A stretch of 64,000 bases of DNA from Octopus vulgaris (lineage: Eukaryota): the NCBI GenBank assembly GCA_951406725.2, contig OX597830.1, positions 9,114,001 through 9,178,000 on the forward strand, in the 5' to 3' direction. How positions within the stretch are numbered: the stretch's first letter is position 1; every line of letters begins with the position of its first letter. Shown piece by piece: positions 25,908 to 40,969 of this stretch. Under the pieces are notes generated by a model. The model saw nothing but the letters and a program-made list of their open reading frames with translations. It was not told the origin of the DNA and made no database searches. Position numbers and translations under genes: made by a program.

Positions 25908-26741
25908 TGAAAGAAAATGTAGTATAGGCGCTGGCATGGCCTTGAGGTTAATACGCTTGCTTCCTGATCATATGGTTCCGACATGTGTCCCACTGTGCGT
26001 TAAATTAAGCAAGTGTCTTCCATAATGTCCGCGGTCCAACAAACACTTTGCGAGGGAATTTGATTGACGGAAACTGTGTGGAAGCGTGTTGTGTTCTTGA
26101 GCGAGACACTTCATTTCACGTTGCAGCAGTCCAGTCAGTTGTAAATGAGTAACCCTGCAACAAATTAGCCTTCCGATTTGTTGAGGTGAGGGTGGGGGTG
26201 GGGAGGAGAGTGTATCCGGCAGGGTGGCTTCATTCGAAAGCTAAAACGATGCAAGGAAGTGCATTGTGACTAGCGATGTAAAACAAAATCCGATAATCTG
26301 ATCAACACATTGATACACACACACACACACATATATATATACATATATATAATTCTTTAATTATTTCATTACTTTACTTTTTTCAGTCATTTGACACGCT
26401 ACACACTTAGAACATTAAAACTTAGAGTTCCAGGTCAATCTGTGCCCACCATCTTCACTCACCGTTCGTTACTATAGCAACAGTCCGGATACACATTGAT
26501 CTGACCGCGTAGAGTATATATATATATTATATAATTATATAAAGTAGATGTATTATAAATTGTTATATAGACCAGAGAGAACATTACAGAGGTATATAAA
26601 ATATAAATATAATTCTTATATATCACTGATATATATTTGTTATATATTATGGATATATATTATAGTGATATGCTAAATAATACATTATATTGATACACAA
26701 CTTCGTAAATTAGATCTGTTTGGTGGGTATACAGAGTAAGA

Positions 26742-27118
26742 GGGAGTACGATGGCCCAGTGGTTAGGGCAGCGGACTCACGGTCATAGGATCGCGGTTTC
26801 GATTCCCAGACCGGGCGTTGTGAGTGTTTATTGAGCGAAAATGCTTAATGCTTCACGAGGCTCTGGCAGGGGGTGTTAGTGAACCCTGCTATACTCTTTC
26901 ACCACAGTTTTCTCTCACTTTTCTTTCTGTTTCTGTTGTATCTGTATTTCAAAGGCCCAGACTTGTCACACTCTGTGTCTCATTGAATCTCCCTGAGAAC
27001 TACATTAAGGGTACACGTGTCTGTGGAGTGCTCAGCCACTTGCACGTTAATTTCACGAGCAGGCTGTTCCGTTGATCGGTTCAACTGGAACCCTCGTCGT
27101 CGTAACCGACGGAGTGCC
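26742..27118 (+). mobile_element. SINE family B
   Basis: Same head and tail as the 8145 copy. Confidence 0.85.
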
Positions 27119-27354
27119 ATGATGCATATATATATATATATGTATATGTATGTATGTATGTGTGTAGGCATACATACAGGTAAGGCTTGTATATCACCTA
27201 GATTCATTTTATTCTCCATAGTTCAGATTCCTATCTGGGATTTTAACTATTAAGTCTTGCTGAGATTAATCTCAACGACCACAAAACAACAACATAAGCA
27301 TTAATAGCTGTAACGGCTGCCAGAAAAGCAGCAAAACAACTAGAAGCAGTTGGA

Positions 27355-27910
27355 TGCCGATGAAGGGGGACCCCAGCCTCCCCGAACTTTGGCATATATA
27401 CACATTACCCATTCTTGTCTTCGATCTCATTGTTTACATCTGACGTCCCGATACGAAAAGTTGTAGTCAAAACATTAGTGCTGGTTATAATTTCTGTAGA
27501 AATAACCTTTAAAAATAATGTAGAGAGCACTGCTAACACAGTAGAACGTTGTGCTAACTTATAAAAACATTATGACTTATAAAATACTTATAAAATACTT
27601 TATGGTGTATTTTGATTGCATAACGAAATACCACGTGCCTACAAGGCATTAATGTCTACATAGCAGCTCCAGGAATGCGTTTAATATGTAAATTGGTATC
27701 TCAAATAACTTAATACCAGTGGCTATATAAGCAATGTGTTCAGAGGCGAGAGTGGGTTAAGTCGCTGATGATGAAGGAGAAAAAACTCCGAAAAATGGCA
27801 TATACGCTCATTACCAATTTTTGTCTTCGATCTCATTGTTTGTTTACATTTGACGTCTTGATGACAAGAAATCAGTGCTGGTTATAATTTCTGTGGAAAT
27901 AACCTTAACA
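27355..27910 (+). repeat. Direct repeat with about 406-bp period and degenerate hammerhead-like motifs
   Basis: gatgaagg...ccgaa...tggcatata...ttgtcttcgatctcattgtt...gtgctggttataatttctgt occurs near 27355 and 27765. Confidence 0.6.
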
Positions 27911-27954
27911 AACTAAGTTAACCATTATACGTCAGTTATTCCTATCTTGTATCT

Positions 27955-28322
27955 TTTTTACTTGTTTCACTCATTAGACTGTGGCCATGCTGGGGCATCG
28001 CCTTGAAGAATTTTTAGTCAAATGAATCGACCCCAGGACTTATTTTATTGTTAAGCTTCTTACTTATCCTATCTGTCACTTTTGCCTAACCGCTATCTTA
28101 CAGGGTCCTAAACAAACCACCACCGGTTATCTAGTTGTGGTGGTGTTCGTGGGAGGTGGGGGGGAGGGCAAATACAAACAGAAACACACACACACACATA
28201 CGCCGGGATTTTTTCAGTTTCTGCCTACCAAATCCACTCACAATGCCCTAGGGTTTAGTGGAAGATACTTGCCCTAAGTGCCCACACAGTGGAGCTGAAC
28301 CCGGAAGCACGTGGTTGCGAAA
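27955..28322 (-). mobile_element. SINE family A, degenerate copy just downstream of the exon donor
   Basis: Collinear with 2794-3217. Confidence 0.75.
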
Positions 28323-28350
28323 CATGCAGTAATAAAGAAACCATATCTAC

Positions 28351-28953
28351 CTGTCACTCAATATTTTCATGAACAGCTAAGATTCGTCTTTGAAGGAGAA
28401 CTTTTTGAGCCAGTGGAATGTTGTAGTCTTGATTGTTGTTGACAAAAGAGCCACTTCGAGTACGTTTGGATCGAGTTCGTAAACGTGGCTTTTCTACCAC
28501 TATATCGGTTGAACTTTCATTACTTGTATTAGCCCACCCTTGCCGTACCCCTTCAAAGCGATTTCCTCGCTCTAACGAAGTACCCGCCATATTTAAATCG
28601 TTCGTTTCAAACCGAGGTACAACTGGACCAACGTTCATATTCAACTGGAAAGGATGTCCTGCTAAGTATGTACTATACACTGGCTGTAGTGGTTTATTAT
28701 ACGACGACGGGAAATCGTTGGATGCGAATGTATTTGTAATCAGTTCATTGCTTTGATGTAAGAAGTCCATTTCTGTTATGAAACTTGAGTTGCTGTCGCA
28801 ATGTGTTGGTTCTGGGGTCGGAGTTCGTCTGGCATCAGTCGTTTCTTTGGTTAAATGCGTGATATCAACACTTTCACTTGAATCCGAGTCATCCCAGAAT
28901 TCAAAGGTGTTCTCAGCTCTATCAGAAGTCTGTGGAGGATTGTTACAAGGGTC
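28351..28953 (-). CDS. Large internal coding exon of minus-strand gene, with in-frame TGA at 28356-28354
   Basis: Acceptor cttacttttattcctag|GAC, phase 0. Reads DPCNNPPQTSDRAENTFEFWDDSDSSES...MDFLHQSNE...RTRSGSFV...AVHENIE*Q, then CAG|gtagat; 603 nt = 201 codons. Confidence 0.75.
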
Positions 28954-31900
28954 CTAGGAATAAAAGTAAGGGTAACATTTCACTATTTTCAGATCCCAAC
29001 CTTTTTTTTTGTGAAATTTTTCTTTCTGCGTTTATTTTTTTGTTTTTACTTACAAAACAAACTACTACTTAGAATGATAGATTTCTTTGTGCTTATGAAC
29101 ATATGTGTATTTACACGGTCACGTATATACACTCAGGGGGAGAGAATTTTCAGTTGCAGACTGCAATATTTGTAATCTAAGACCATCTTATCTTCCCTTA
29201 TTTTTTGCCAGTTTAACGTCTTCAAACACTAGAGAGTGCCACTCGTGTTGGACGAGCATTTGTCACTTTGACAGTTAACGCGTAGGCCCATTTTCGGCCC
29301 CTTTTTGCGTTAGCTAAGTTTCGAACTTACTGGAACCCAAATAGCCCGTGTACCTTTTTGTTGTGGCGATCGCGGTATTACGGATGTCTGCGACAATGAA
29401 ATACTACCATTTCCTTAGCTTCTTCCTTCGTTAGGACATACAGAAGGTGTAGAATAGAAGAGAGAATTTACGATTCTCTGATTATTCAAATGGTTTTGTA
29501 CTTTGTTGTACGTGGGGATTTGGTTTTGCCATACTATTGTATATCTTCGTCATTAGGGGAGGGCACGATAGGACAGCATTGCGTCTGTAATTTTAGCGTA
29601 GATGGTGGTCATAATCGATAAACTGTGAATAATCACCATGTGTATCTATGTATCCCTGTTTGCATGTATGTATATCTCTATCTATCTGTACGTAAGTAAG
29701 GCTATATATATACACATACATATACACATACATATATATATACGGCAAGTAAGGAAACAGAGAGAATTTTATATCCTCCCCGTTTTCTTACTTGCCGTAT
29801 AAATCATGGATAAACCACTCTTTTACCCCCGTCCATATATAATACTCAATTGCGAGATTGCCATGCAATGACTAGCACTCGACTATGAACAATTAGCTAC
29901 ACTACCAGCAATATATTGGATACATACTATCCCTTAGTTGGTTTCTCAACCTCTAACTCACACAGAAATATATATAATTATATATATAAACACATATGTA
30001 TACAAATATGGGTATATTTATGTGTGTGCATGCATGCATCTCTCTCTCTCTTTCTCTCTCAATATATATATAGAGATATGTATATATATGTACATATATA
30101 TGTGTATATGTATATATATATATACACACACACTCACAAATATATATTTCATGTTATGCTTGGAAACGATGCGTGTTACCAGAATTTTCGACTCGAGTAA
30201 AATAGAAACAACAACTTCGTCGTCAGAGTATCCGTGCGAATGAAGTCAAGAGAGGCAAATTATTACTGGCATCAAGTTGTGTGCGAATTATAAATAATAA
30301 AGATAATCAAGAACTGATATTTTGAACTCATTTAATACGTACGTTGCAGATCATTATGTAATATGAAGTAAGAATACATATCTTACGCAAGACCTTCCTC
30401 AGTTAATACATTTCAAAATTTTAAGATGTTTTAGCTGAGGAAGATCTTCATTCATTTTCGGGGTTGATAAAACACTGGGGTTAATGTAATCAACCCATAC
30501 CCTTCTCCAAAATTGGACCCTTGGGGCAAAATTTGAAACCACTATTATTATTATTTTATACATATATATTCATATATACATGCATACATACATGCATAAT
30601 ACATACACACACATACATATATCTTTCACCATTTTACATCAGTGAATAATATATATATATATACACACACACGCTCTACTCCATAACCTATAAAACAATC
30701 TGAAGGCTCATGTTTTAAAAATTATGCTGTTTCATGCCTCAGAAAAATTGAAAATACATATTCCCTTAAATTATTTCCAAGATCCTGGGGATTGCAGAGC
30801 CCTAAGGCAGATATTCTTCCATAGTTCTGAAAATTCCGTGTACTCAATAAGCCCAATTCCACAGTTTCGCCTGTCAAAAGATATGCGTAGCTCTATCTTG
30901 TTTTAAGCCCTGAACTCCTTAATAGGTCGACTTTGCCTTTCATCCTTTCGTGGTCGATAAATTAAGTACCAGTTGCGTACTAGGGTCGATCTAATCGACT
31001 GGCTCCCTCCTCAAAAATTTCTGACCATGTGCCTAGAATAGAAAAGATTCCACCCCTCCCCAGGTTGGATCACTGTCGATTCAAAAATTCACCGCAGTTC
31101 TTGACTGGTATTTTATTTTATCAACTCTGTAATAACAAAATCCCATGTCAACCTCGGTAGCTTTTGATCTCAAAGCGTAGAGAGTCGCAACTTATTTATC
31201 TGTCGCATAATTGCCGTTTTGTTATTTGTGATGTACGGATTATGTTATCCAATTCGCTGGTGATATGTAGAGTGTGGTATGTGTGTGTGTGTTGTGTTGA
31301 GGGTATACTATTGAAAGTTTAGCCTTACATTGATAGTGTCACGCAACGCTATTTGGGGAACTGGGTAGTATAGTGTTGTGTGATTTTAAAGATGTCTCTG
31401 TTCACGATTTTCTCCATAGTAACAAGCACACAAAACACCAACCGTCATAGAAAAAAATCCACCGTCTCCTTGTTTCAAGAAGGCCAAGATTGTGTCTTGC
31501 GCTTGGAAAAAGAGTGGGTGCAAAATGTACTTGCAGATCAAATGTTATAATGATAAACACTTGTGCGAGGCAATTACTGCTTTTTAAAACTTTCAAGCAG
31601 GTAAACAGGGGAAAGTGTTAGATACCTAGAGAGTAGAGAGCTTGCATGTCTCGAGCGAGAGTCTTCTTTCTCTATGTACATTTAAATTATCATGTGAAAA
31701 TACATACATACATATGTTCATGTCATATAAATGTAAATTTAATGTACAAATTTGCTATTAAATTATTGAGTATTAATTGAAACGGCTGTAAGAAGCGAAG
31801 ATTGCCAATTTGTTAATAATAAATAATTGTTAACTTCCTTATTCTTATTTTCTTTTCATCTTTCAACTGGATATAAACTTTATGCTTAATATACACCAAT

Positions 31901-32200
31901 TGTTTTAAGATAATTTCATTCCCCCAACAATACTGGGTATTGAACCAGTATTTCCTTGGATGCAACCATCCCTCCACGAGGTTAACTTATCCTCTAATTA
32001 AATGTATATACATACATACATATATATGTATATGCGAAGGGATTCTTTCAGTTTCCCTCAACTGAATCCACTCACAAGGCTTTGGTCGGCCCGAGGCTAG
32101 AATAGGAGATACTTGCTCAAGTGGCCACGCAGTGGGACTGATCCTGCGACCATGTGGTTAGGAAGCAAGCAGTTTACCACACAGCCACGCCTGTGCCTCG

Positions 32201-32234
<34 letters not shown>

Positions 32235-32409
32235 TGTATGTATGTATGTATGTATGTATGTATGTATGGATGGATGGATATATGTATGCGTGGATATGTA
32301 TATATAGATATTTATATATATGTGTGTATGTGCATATACAAGTACATATATTTGCATATATATGTACATATATATGCATATATGTGTGTGTGTGAATATG
32401 TGTGAGTGT

Positions 32410-32940
32410 GTGTGTGTGTGCACATACATTTATACTGACTATTAAAAGGCTGTTGGCTCTCTTCAGCTCCGGGATCGTGTTCGCGTTGTTAGCCCGTTTT
32501 AAGACCATCATCTGTCAACTTCCGTTGTCAGATGGTCGTATTAAGCAAACAAAACCCCTACCACCATCATGCTTATTTCAGAAACCTTGTACTTTGAAGG
32601 ATTCTTGACATCCTCCCGGTCAGTGACGTGGGTCATTAAAAAATCGAGGGGTTTATCGGAGTGAATGGATTTTTGTTCCAGTTCTCGATGTGTTATTGAT
32701 ATTTTACGTGAATCAATACGACAAACTATATCGATATAACCAAGTAAATAGATATGTGTAAAATAAACATTTGAGGAAACATCAAAGTAGACGTTATCAA
32801 TGTATTATGTTGCAGTTATGGCAACCAGATCGATATATACCTGCCTCTTATCGAATTGATTTGTCGCTATATGCCCGCTGATTGATTAAAAACGCCCTCC
32901 CCCATAGAAATGTAACTATATCTGTTCCGACTGGATTATC
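32410..32940. repeat. Local duplication, copy 1, containing a Tc1-like remnant
   Basis: Highly similar to 34645-35145. Confidence 0.8.
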
Positions 32941-33451
32941 TTATCTAACATATATTACATTATGTTGTGCTGTATTCAATTGTATTGTAGTATAGGTATA
33001 AGTAAAACTGTGTGGTATAGAAGCTTGCTTCGCAACACCGTGGTTCTGTGTTCGATTTCACTGAACACCATTTTGGATAAGTGATATACCGTAGCTTTGC
33101 TTGACCTATATATATATTGGGGTCACGATTTAGAAAACGGAAACTGTGCTGAACGCAGTCACAAACACACACACACACACACACATATACAGATATGCAC
33201 ATATGTATTGTGATTGTGCTTCATTATTGCGGCTTTTTTCAACAAATTTTATTCAACAAAACAATAACAACATGTAACAAGAACATCTTTAAAGGATTAT
33301 TCCGGAGCATATTCACCATCTACTTCAATTGTTGCTTCCCATTTGCTTGGCAGCAGACGGTCAGACCATCATTTAAAGATGTTTTTGTTAAATATTGTTT
33401 TTGTTGAATAAAATTTGTTGAAAAAAGCCGCAATAATTAGGCATCAACCAA

Positions 33452-34145
<694 letters not shown>

Positions 34146-34523
34146 ATGATATGTAAATGTAAGATCCAAGGTTCCAAGTGTAGGAAGTTAGTAAGCTTGG
34201 AACAGTCCGTAGAAGGTATAAAAAATAACTTCCAGGAATAATAGTAGCTTATTGACAAAGTTCGATAAGTTAAAAAAGATTTTTTTTTCATTATAGTTCA
34301 TGGTTAGCGCCTTGACTGCAATGTATACGAATAAAAATCCAAATTTCGGTCAAATCTCATGCGAGTTAAATCGGGGTCCCTTGACGATATTGTAGTCTTT
34401 ATTTAACTAAGGCATTTTCGACCAGATGAATAGTTAGTGAAGGCCCCTTCGTTAAGTAATTATTACTTCTGAAGTTCTGTTAGCATATGTAACCTGGATT
34501 TTAAATGCTCCATTCGCTCAATT

Positions 34524-34600
<77 letters not shown>

Positions 34601-34644
34601 ATAAATGTGTGTGTGTATATAAATGTGTGTGTGTGTGTGTGTGT

Positions 34645-35145
34645 GTGCATATGTTTGTGTGTGCACATACATTTATACTGACTATTAAAAGGTCGTTGGC
34701 TCTCTTCAGCTCTGGGATCGCGTTCGCGTTGTTAACCCGTTTTAACATCATCATCAGTCAACTTCCGTTGTCAGATGGTCGTGTTAAACAATCTCCTCCC
34801 CATCATCATGCTTATTTCAGGAACCTTGTACTTTGAAGGATTTTGACATCCTCCCGGTCAGTGACGTGGGTCAGTAAAAAATCGAGGAGTTTAGCGGATT
34901 TCATGGATTTTTGTTCCAGTTCTCGATGTGTTATTGATATTTTACGTGTATCGATAAGACAAACTATATCGATATAACCAAGTAAATAAATATAAATAAA
35001 TAAACATTCGAGGAAACATCAAAGTAGACATTATCAATGTATTATGTTGCAGTAAATGTCTCTTATCGAATTGATTTGTTGCTATATACCCGCTGATTGA
35101 TTTAAAACCCTCTCTATATGTAACTATATCTGTTCCGACTGGGAC
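34645..35145. repeat. Local duplication, copy 2
   Basis: Highly similar to 32410-32940. Confidence 0.8.
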
Positions 35146-35459
35146 AGATATAGAAGAACTTTATCTTAATAACTGACAAGGGAGGTAAGACTCCTCAGCA
35201 TCCAGGTATAGCCGGATCACCTGATTTTGCATTTTCATTAATACTCCTCAGTGACTCACTCTCACCCAGCCGTCTTGGGTTAAACTTAGCTCACTTTGTC
35301 AATTTCCAAGTCATTCACTAAGATAAAGTGCTTCTTGGGGCTATGAGCTGTTTTAACCTCTTATTTCTAGCAATAGTGATACTGAATAGTGTCTCTAATC
35401 ACTTTATTGACGTATATATTTCTGCCAATCGGTTGTAAAATTGCGAATAAGCCACCCCA

Positions 35460-35504
<45 letters not shown>

Positions 35505-35536
35505 GGTGAGTGTATGTGTTTGTGAGAGAGAGCGTT

Positions 35537-35850
<314 letters not shown>

Positions 35851-36883
35851 AATTCATGCTTAACCCTCAGTTCCAGGTTTTTGACGAATGCGAAACCACC
35901 GTTAAGTCATTATTGATTCCATGTCTACTCGGGCACGAAGTAGAAGCACCTGTTAAGGTCCTAGCTGTGGGTTGAATAGTATGGAACCACCCGAGCCAGG
36001 GTACGCTGAAATCATGTGATGTAGTATGGTGGATATGAACTATTTTGGCGAAAGAACGTATTGAAACAAAGACCTTTGTGAAGGATCGATAGGTAGCAGT
36101 AGATCTGAAGAAATAGAGTTTATGGGTGCAGAGAAATGTTTCTTCAGGCCTGCTACATCCTACCGAGTCTTCACAAAGGAAAAGAGAGAGAGAGAGAGAG
36201 AGACACATACACAGAAAAAAAGAAAATGTCTTAACTATTTGAAGACTATGGAAATATTTACAAAACATTTAATTTAATTTTTTCTTCAATTTAATTGTTT
36301 TTCTTGTTTTACTCGAAAATGCCAGAGACCGAAACCAGTACTAACCTTTACAAAATTTATTTCATGATGAAATTTTTTAGCATTTTCTACCTTGTCTTAT
36401 TTTCCTTACACACAAACGCACACACACACACACGCAGGGCTGACCAGAAATTACCCGACAGTAAATCAAAATTCCATAAATATTGTCTTTAATTCTGTAT
36501 TGACTCGGATGGGAAAATGGTGTCGCTCAAGAAGGACTTCAGTTTGAACAATTTTCATGTTTCATATTTAGATGCTTTTATTAAATTCACTCATTTGTTA
36601 AACATAAATAAATCTTGAAATTAAATGGTTTTGATTTACTGTCATGTGGCCTTGGGTCAACTCTGTACATCTATTTATCTATCTACCTATCTATATATAT
36701 TAACCATAAGGACACATTAAAGTGTCTACCTGCTAGAAATAAGAGTCAAAACCCTTATTTAGACCATATTTACACTGAAAAAAAACCCCCAAAACAAAAC
36801 AACTCCAACAGTATACTAGCAGGTCTAAAAAAGCTCACATACCAATATAGCATAAAGCTATATATTTATCGGTACAGGTATAT

Positions 36884-36934
36884 ATGTCGACCGGTTTCTG
36901 GTTTGATCCAAAGATCTTAACTTCTTCAGCACAT
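36884..36934 (-). ncRNA. Hammerhead-like motif inside an inverted-repeat element (36706-37078)
   Basis: ATGTG-CTGAAGA-...GATC-TTTG-GATC...-GAAACCGGTC-GACAT; palindromic stem III ACCGGT; stems imperfect. Confidence 0.5.
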
Positions 36935-37271
36935 CTCAACCGTGTGAAACATTATTCCAATCTGTCACGTTAATATCTGCTAGCGCCCTGTTATTTTCAG
37001 TGTAAATAATTTCTAGTGGTCCAAATAAGCGTTTTGACTTTTATTTTTAGCGGGTAGACACTTTAATGTGTCCTTATGATCAATATAATTTTAATTCTTT
37101 AGCTATGTAATGCTATTTTTTTTAGGCCTGCAACTACCTATATTAATGTTTCTGTTATTATCAACTATTTATTTTACCTCCGATAATAATAGAAATATTA
37201 ATATCTTATAAATATTCACTTCCGAATAATTTTACTGCTGATTCTCTCTCTCATATATATACATATCTCGT

Positions 37272-37647
37272 TGTGGTCGGCTACGACGACGACGGTTCCA
37301 GGTGATCCGATCAACGGAACAGCCTGCTCGTGAAATTGACGTGCAAGTGGCTGAGCACTCCACAGGCACGTGTACCCTTAACGGAGTTCTCGTGGAGATT
37401 CAGAGTGACACAGAGTGTGACAAAGGCTGGCACCTTTGAAATACAAGTACAAAAGAAACAGGAAGAAACATTGAGAGAAAGTTGTGGTGAAAGGGTACAG
37501 CAGGGCTCACCATCGCCCTCTGCCAGAGCCACGTGGAGCTTTAGGTCTTTTCGCCCAATAAACACTCACAACACCCAGTCTGGAAATCGAAACCGTATGC
37601 TACGACCGCAAGCCCACTGCCCTACCAACTGGGCCATTGCTCCTCCA
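37272..37647 (-). mobile_element. SINE family B
   Basis: Reverse complement of the 8145 copy. Confidence 0.85.
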
Positions 37648-37649
37648 TA

Positions 37650-38205
<556 letters not shown>

Positions 38206-38581
38206 CAAAGAGAGTTAGAGGTTGTGAATCCAACCAACTAAGGGATAATATCTATCCTATATACTGCTGGTAGAAAACCCAATTATTAATACGCAAGTGT
38301 TTTTTCATTACATGGCATTTACACTACTGAATGTAATAAAAGGGTCAGGGTAAAAAGTTTTTTTACCCTTAATAAGAAAATGAAGGGGATCAAGAGGTGG
38401 TATTCATCAACTTTTAGACATTATATTATGTCTATTTATAAATTAAAAAATAACACACTTCTAACAATATAACAATAAACAAACATGTATAACATTATGG
38501 TTTACATATATAATATATAAAAATACCAGTAAATTATTAAAATATATAACGCAGAGCATAGGAAGTAGGGTAGTTTCTTAC

Positions 38582-38978
38582 AGGAACAGGAGTGGCTGTG
38601 TGGTAAGTAGCTTGCTTACCAACCACATGCTTCCGGGTTCAGTCCCACTGCATGGCACCTTGGGCAAGTGTCTTCTACTATAGCCTCGGGCCGACCAAAG
38701 ACTTGTGAGTGGATTTGGTAGACGGAAACTGAAAGAAGCCCGTCGTATATATGTATATATGTGTGTGTTTGTGTGACTGAGTTTGTCGCCCCAACATCGC
38801 TTGACAACCGATGATGGTGTGTTTACGTCCTCGTAAATTAGCGGTTCGGCAAAAGAGACCGATAGAATAAGTACTAAGCTTACAAAGAATAAACCCTGGG
38901 GTCAATTAGCTCGACTAAAGGCGGTGCTCCAGCATGGCCACAGTCAAATGACTGAAACAAGTAAAAAAATAAAGAGTA
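38582..38978 (+). mobile_element. SINE family A, full-length copy
   Basis: Head ggagtggctgtgtggtaagtagc, tail gactgaaacaagtaaaa. Confidence 0.85.
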
Positions 38979-39208
38979 AGGCATAATATGTTATACATGT
39001 ATGTATATTATTATAAGTGTTTTTTTAAATAAATAAATAGACATAATATAATGTCTAAAAGTTGATTCCCTCCATTTTCTTATTGGTATATATCACGTGA
39101 TCACGTGACCGACCAGGCCATCAGATGTTGCTACACATCGCTGGTCAAAATGTGCTTCACATTGTTTCAGCCGTCAATGAGGCCACCCCGCTGGCTAAGT
39201 GAGCAGGT

Positions 39209-39304
<96 letters not shown>

Positions 39305-40423
39305 GTTGGTGCATAATTTTTTCAACAAATAACAAAAACAATATTTAACAAAACCATCTTTAAATGACGCGGTCTGACCGTCTGGCAAGCAAATGGGAGG
39401 CAGTAATTGAAGTAGATGGTGAATATGCTCCGGAATAATCATTTGAAGATGTTTTTGTTCCATTTTGTTTTTGTTGAATAAAATTTGTTGAAAAAAAGCC
39501 GCAATAATTATGCACCAACCCAATACATATAAGCTGAAAAACGTACTGGATTGATACGAAAGTCTTAAGCCGTTCAAGACGATGCACCGTCATTACCGAA
39601 ATCCAGCGACGAAAACCAATAAAAGAAAACGAATATTGTTCCATTCCTTAAAATATTCCTTTTATTCCATACTTGTCGGATGAAGGTGCGTGGCTTTGGG
39701 GATAGGGTTATTCAGCTAATGATCATAATGTATCGAGTTCGATTTCCAGTGGCACTCTGTGTCCTTGAGCAAGACACTTTATTGCACTCAACTGGCAAAA
39801 TGGCAAAAATGAAGAGTACCTGTAATTCAAAGGGCCAACCATGTCACATTCTGTGCCACGGTGAATCCCCATTGAACGCCGTTAAGGGTACGCATGTCTG
39901 TGTAGTACTCAGCCACTTTAATTTCACGAACAGGCTGTTCCATTGGTCAGATCAACTGGAACCCTCCTCGTCGTGCCCGACGGAGGGCCACTTTAATTTC
40001 TTTGCTTTTGTTCACTGAGATTATTTTATATATTTTCCATTAATCTTGTAATTCATACAAACGCTTGAAGATTGGAGGCCAATGTGGTTTCAAATAAAAT
40101 CTCACTGATTTTAAAAGACATTATATAGAAATTACAGTGTTAGTCGTGACATGCAAGTAACTTTATAAGAATATTTTTGCTATCATGGATAATATCCGAA
40201 AATAAGGCACGCGTGCGAGTGGGTGCTGAAAAGTTCCTGATTTTAAAGGTATCGCGAAAGGCTTAGTTGCAGGACCAACCTTCCGAGTTCTTTTACAGGG
40301 CTTAGAAAAACTGAAGGGCCACTGTAATAAGTGTGTGAATCTGAGAGAAGAATATGTCATAATTAACTGTACTTCTTTTTATCCAAATGCAAGAACTTTT
40401 CTCTCTCTTACTATATTAGTTTC

Positions 40424-40969
40424 CACTCAAGGCACAAGGCCCGAAATTTTTTTGTTGGGCGGGGGGAGTCAATTTGGTCGACCCCAGTACGCCACTGGTA
40501 CTTAATTTATCAGCCCCGAAAGGATGAAAGGCAAAGTCAACCTCAGAGGAATTTGAACTCAGAACGTAGCGACGGGCGAAATACCTATTTCTTTACTACC
40601 CACAAGGGGCTAAACACAGAGAGAACAAACAAGGACAGACAAACGGATTAAGTCCATTACATCGACCCCAGTGGATGAAAGGCAAAGTCGACTTCGGCGG
40701 AATTTGAACTCAGAACGTAACGGCAGACGAAATACCTATTTCTTTATTACCCACAAGGGGCTAAACACAGAGGGGACAAACAAGGACAGACAAACGGTAT
40801 TAAGTCCATTACATCGACCCCAGTGCGTAACTGGTACTTAATTTATCGACCCCGAAAGGATGAAAGGCAAAGTCGACCTCGGTGGAATTTGATCTCCCAA
40901 CGTAACGGCAGGCGAAATACGGCTACGCATTTCGCCCGGCGTGCTAACGTCTCTGCCAGCTCACCGCCT
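40424..40969 (-). mobile_element. SINE family C, about 3 units
   Basis: Reverse complement of the family C core; flanked by direct repeat tctcttactatatt. Confidence 0.85.
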
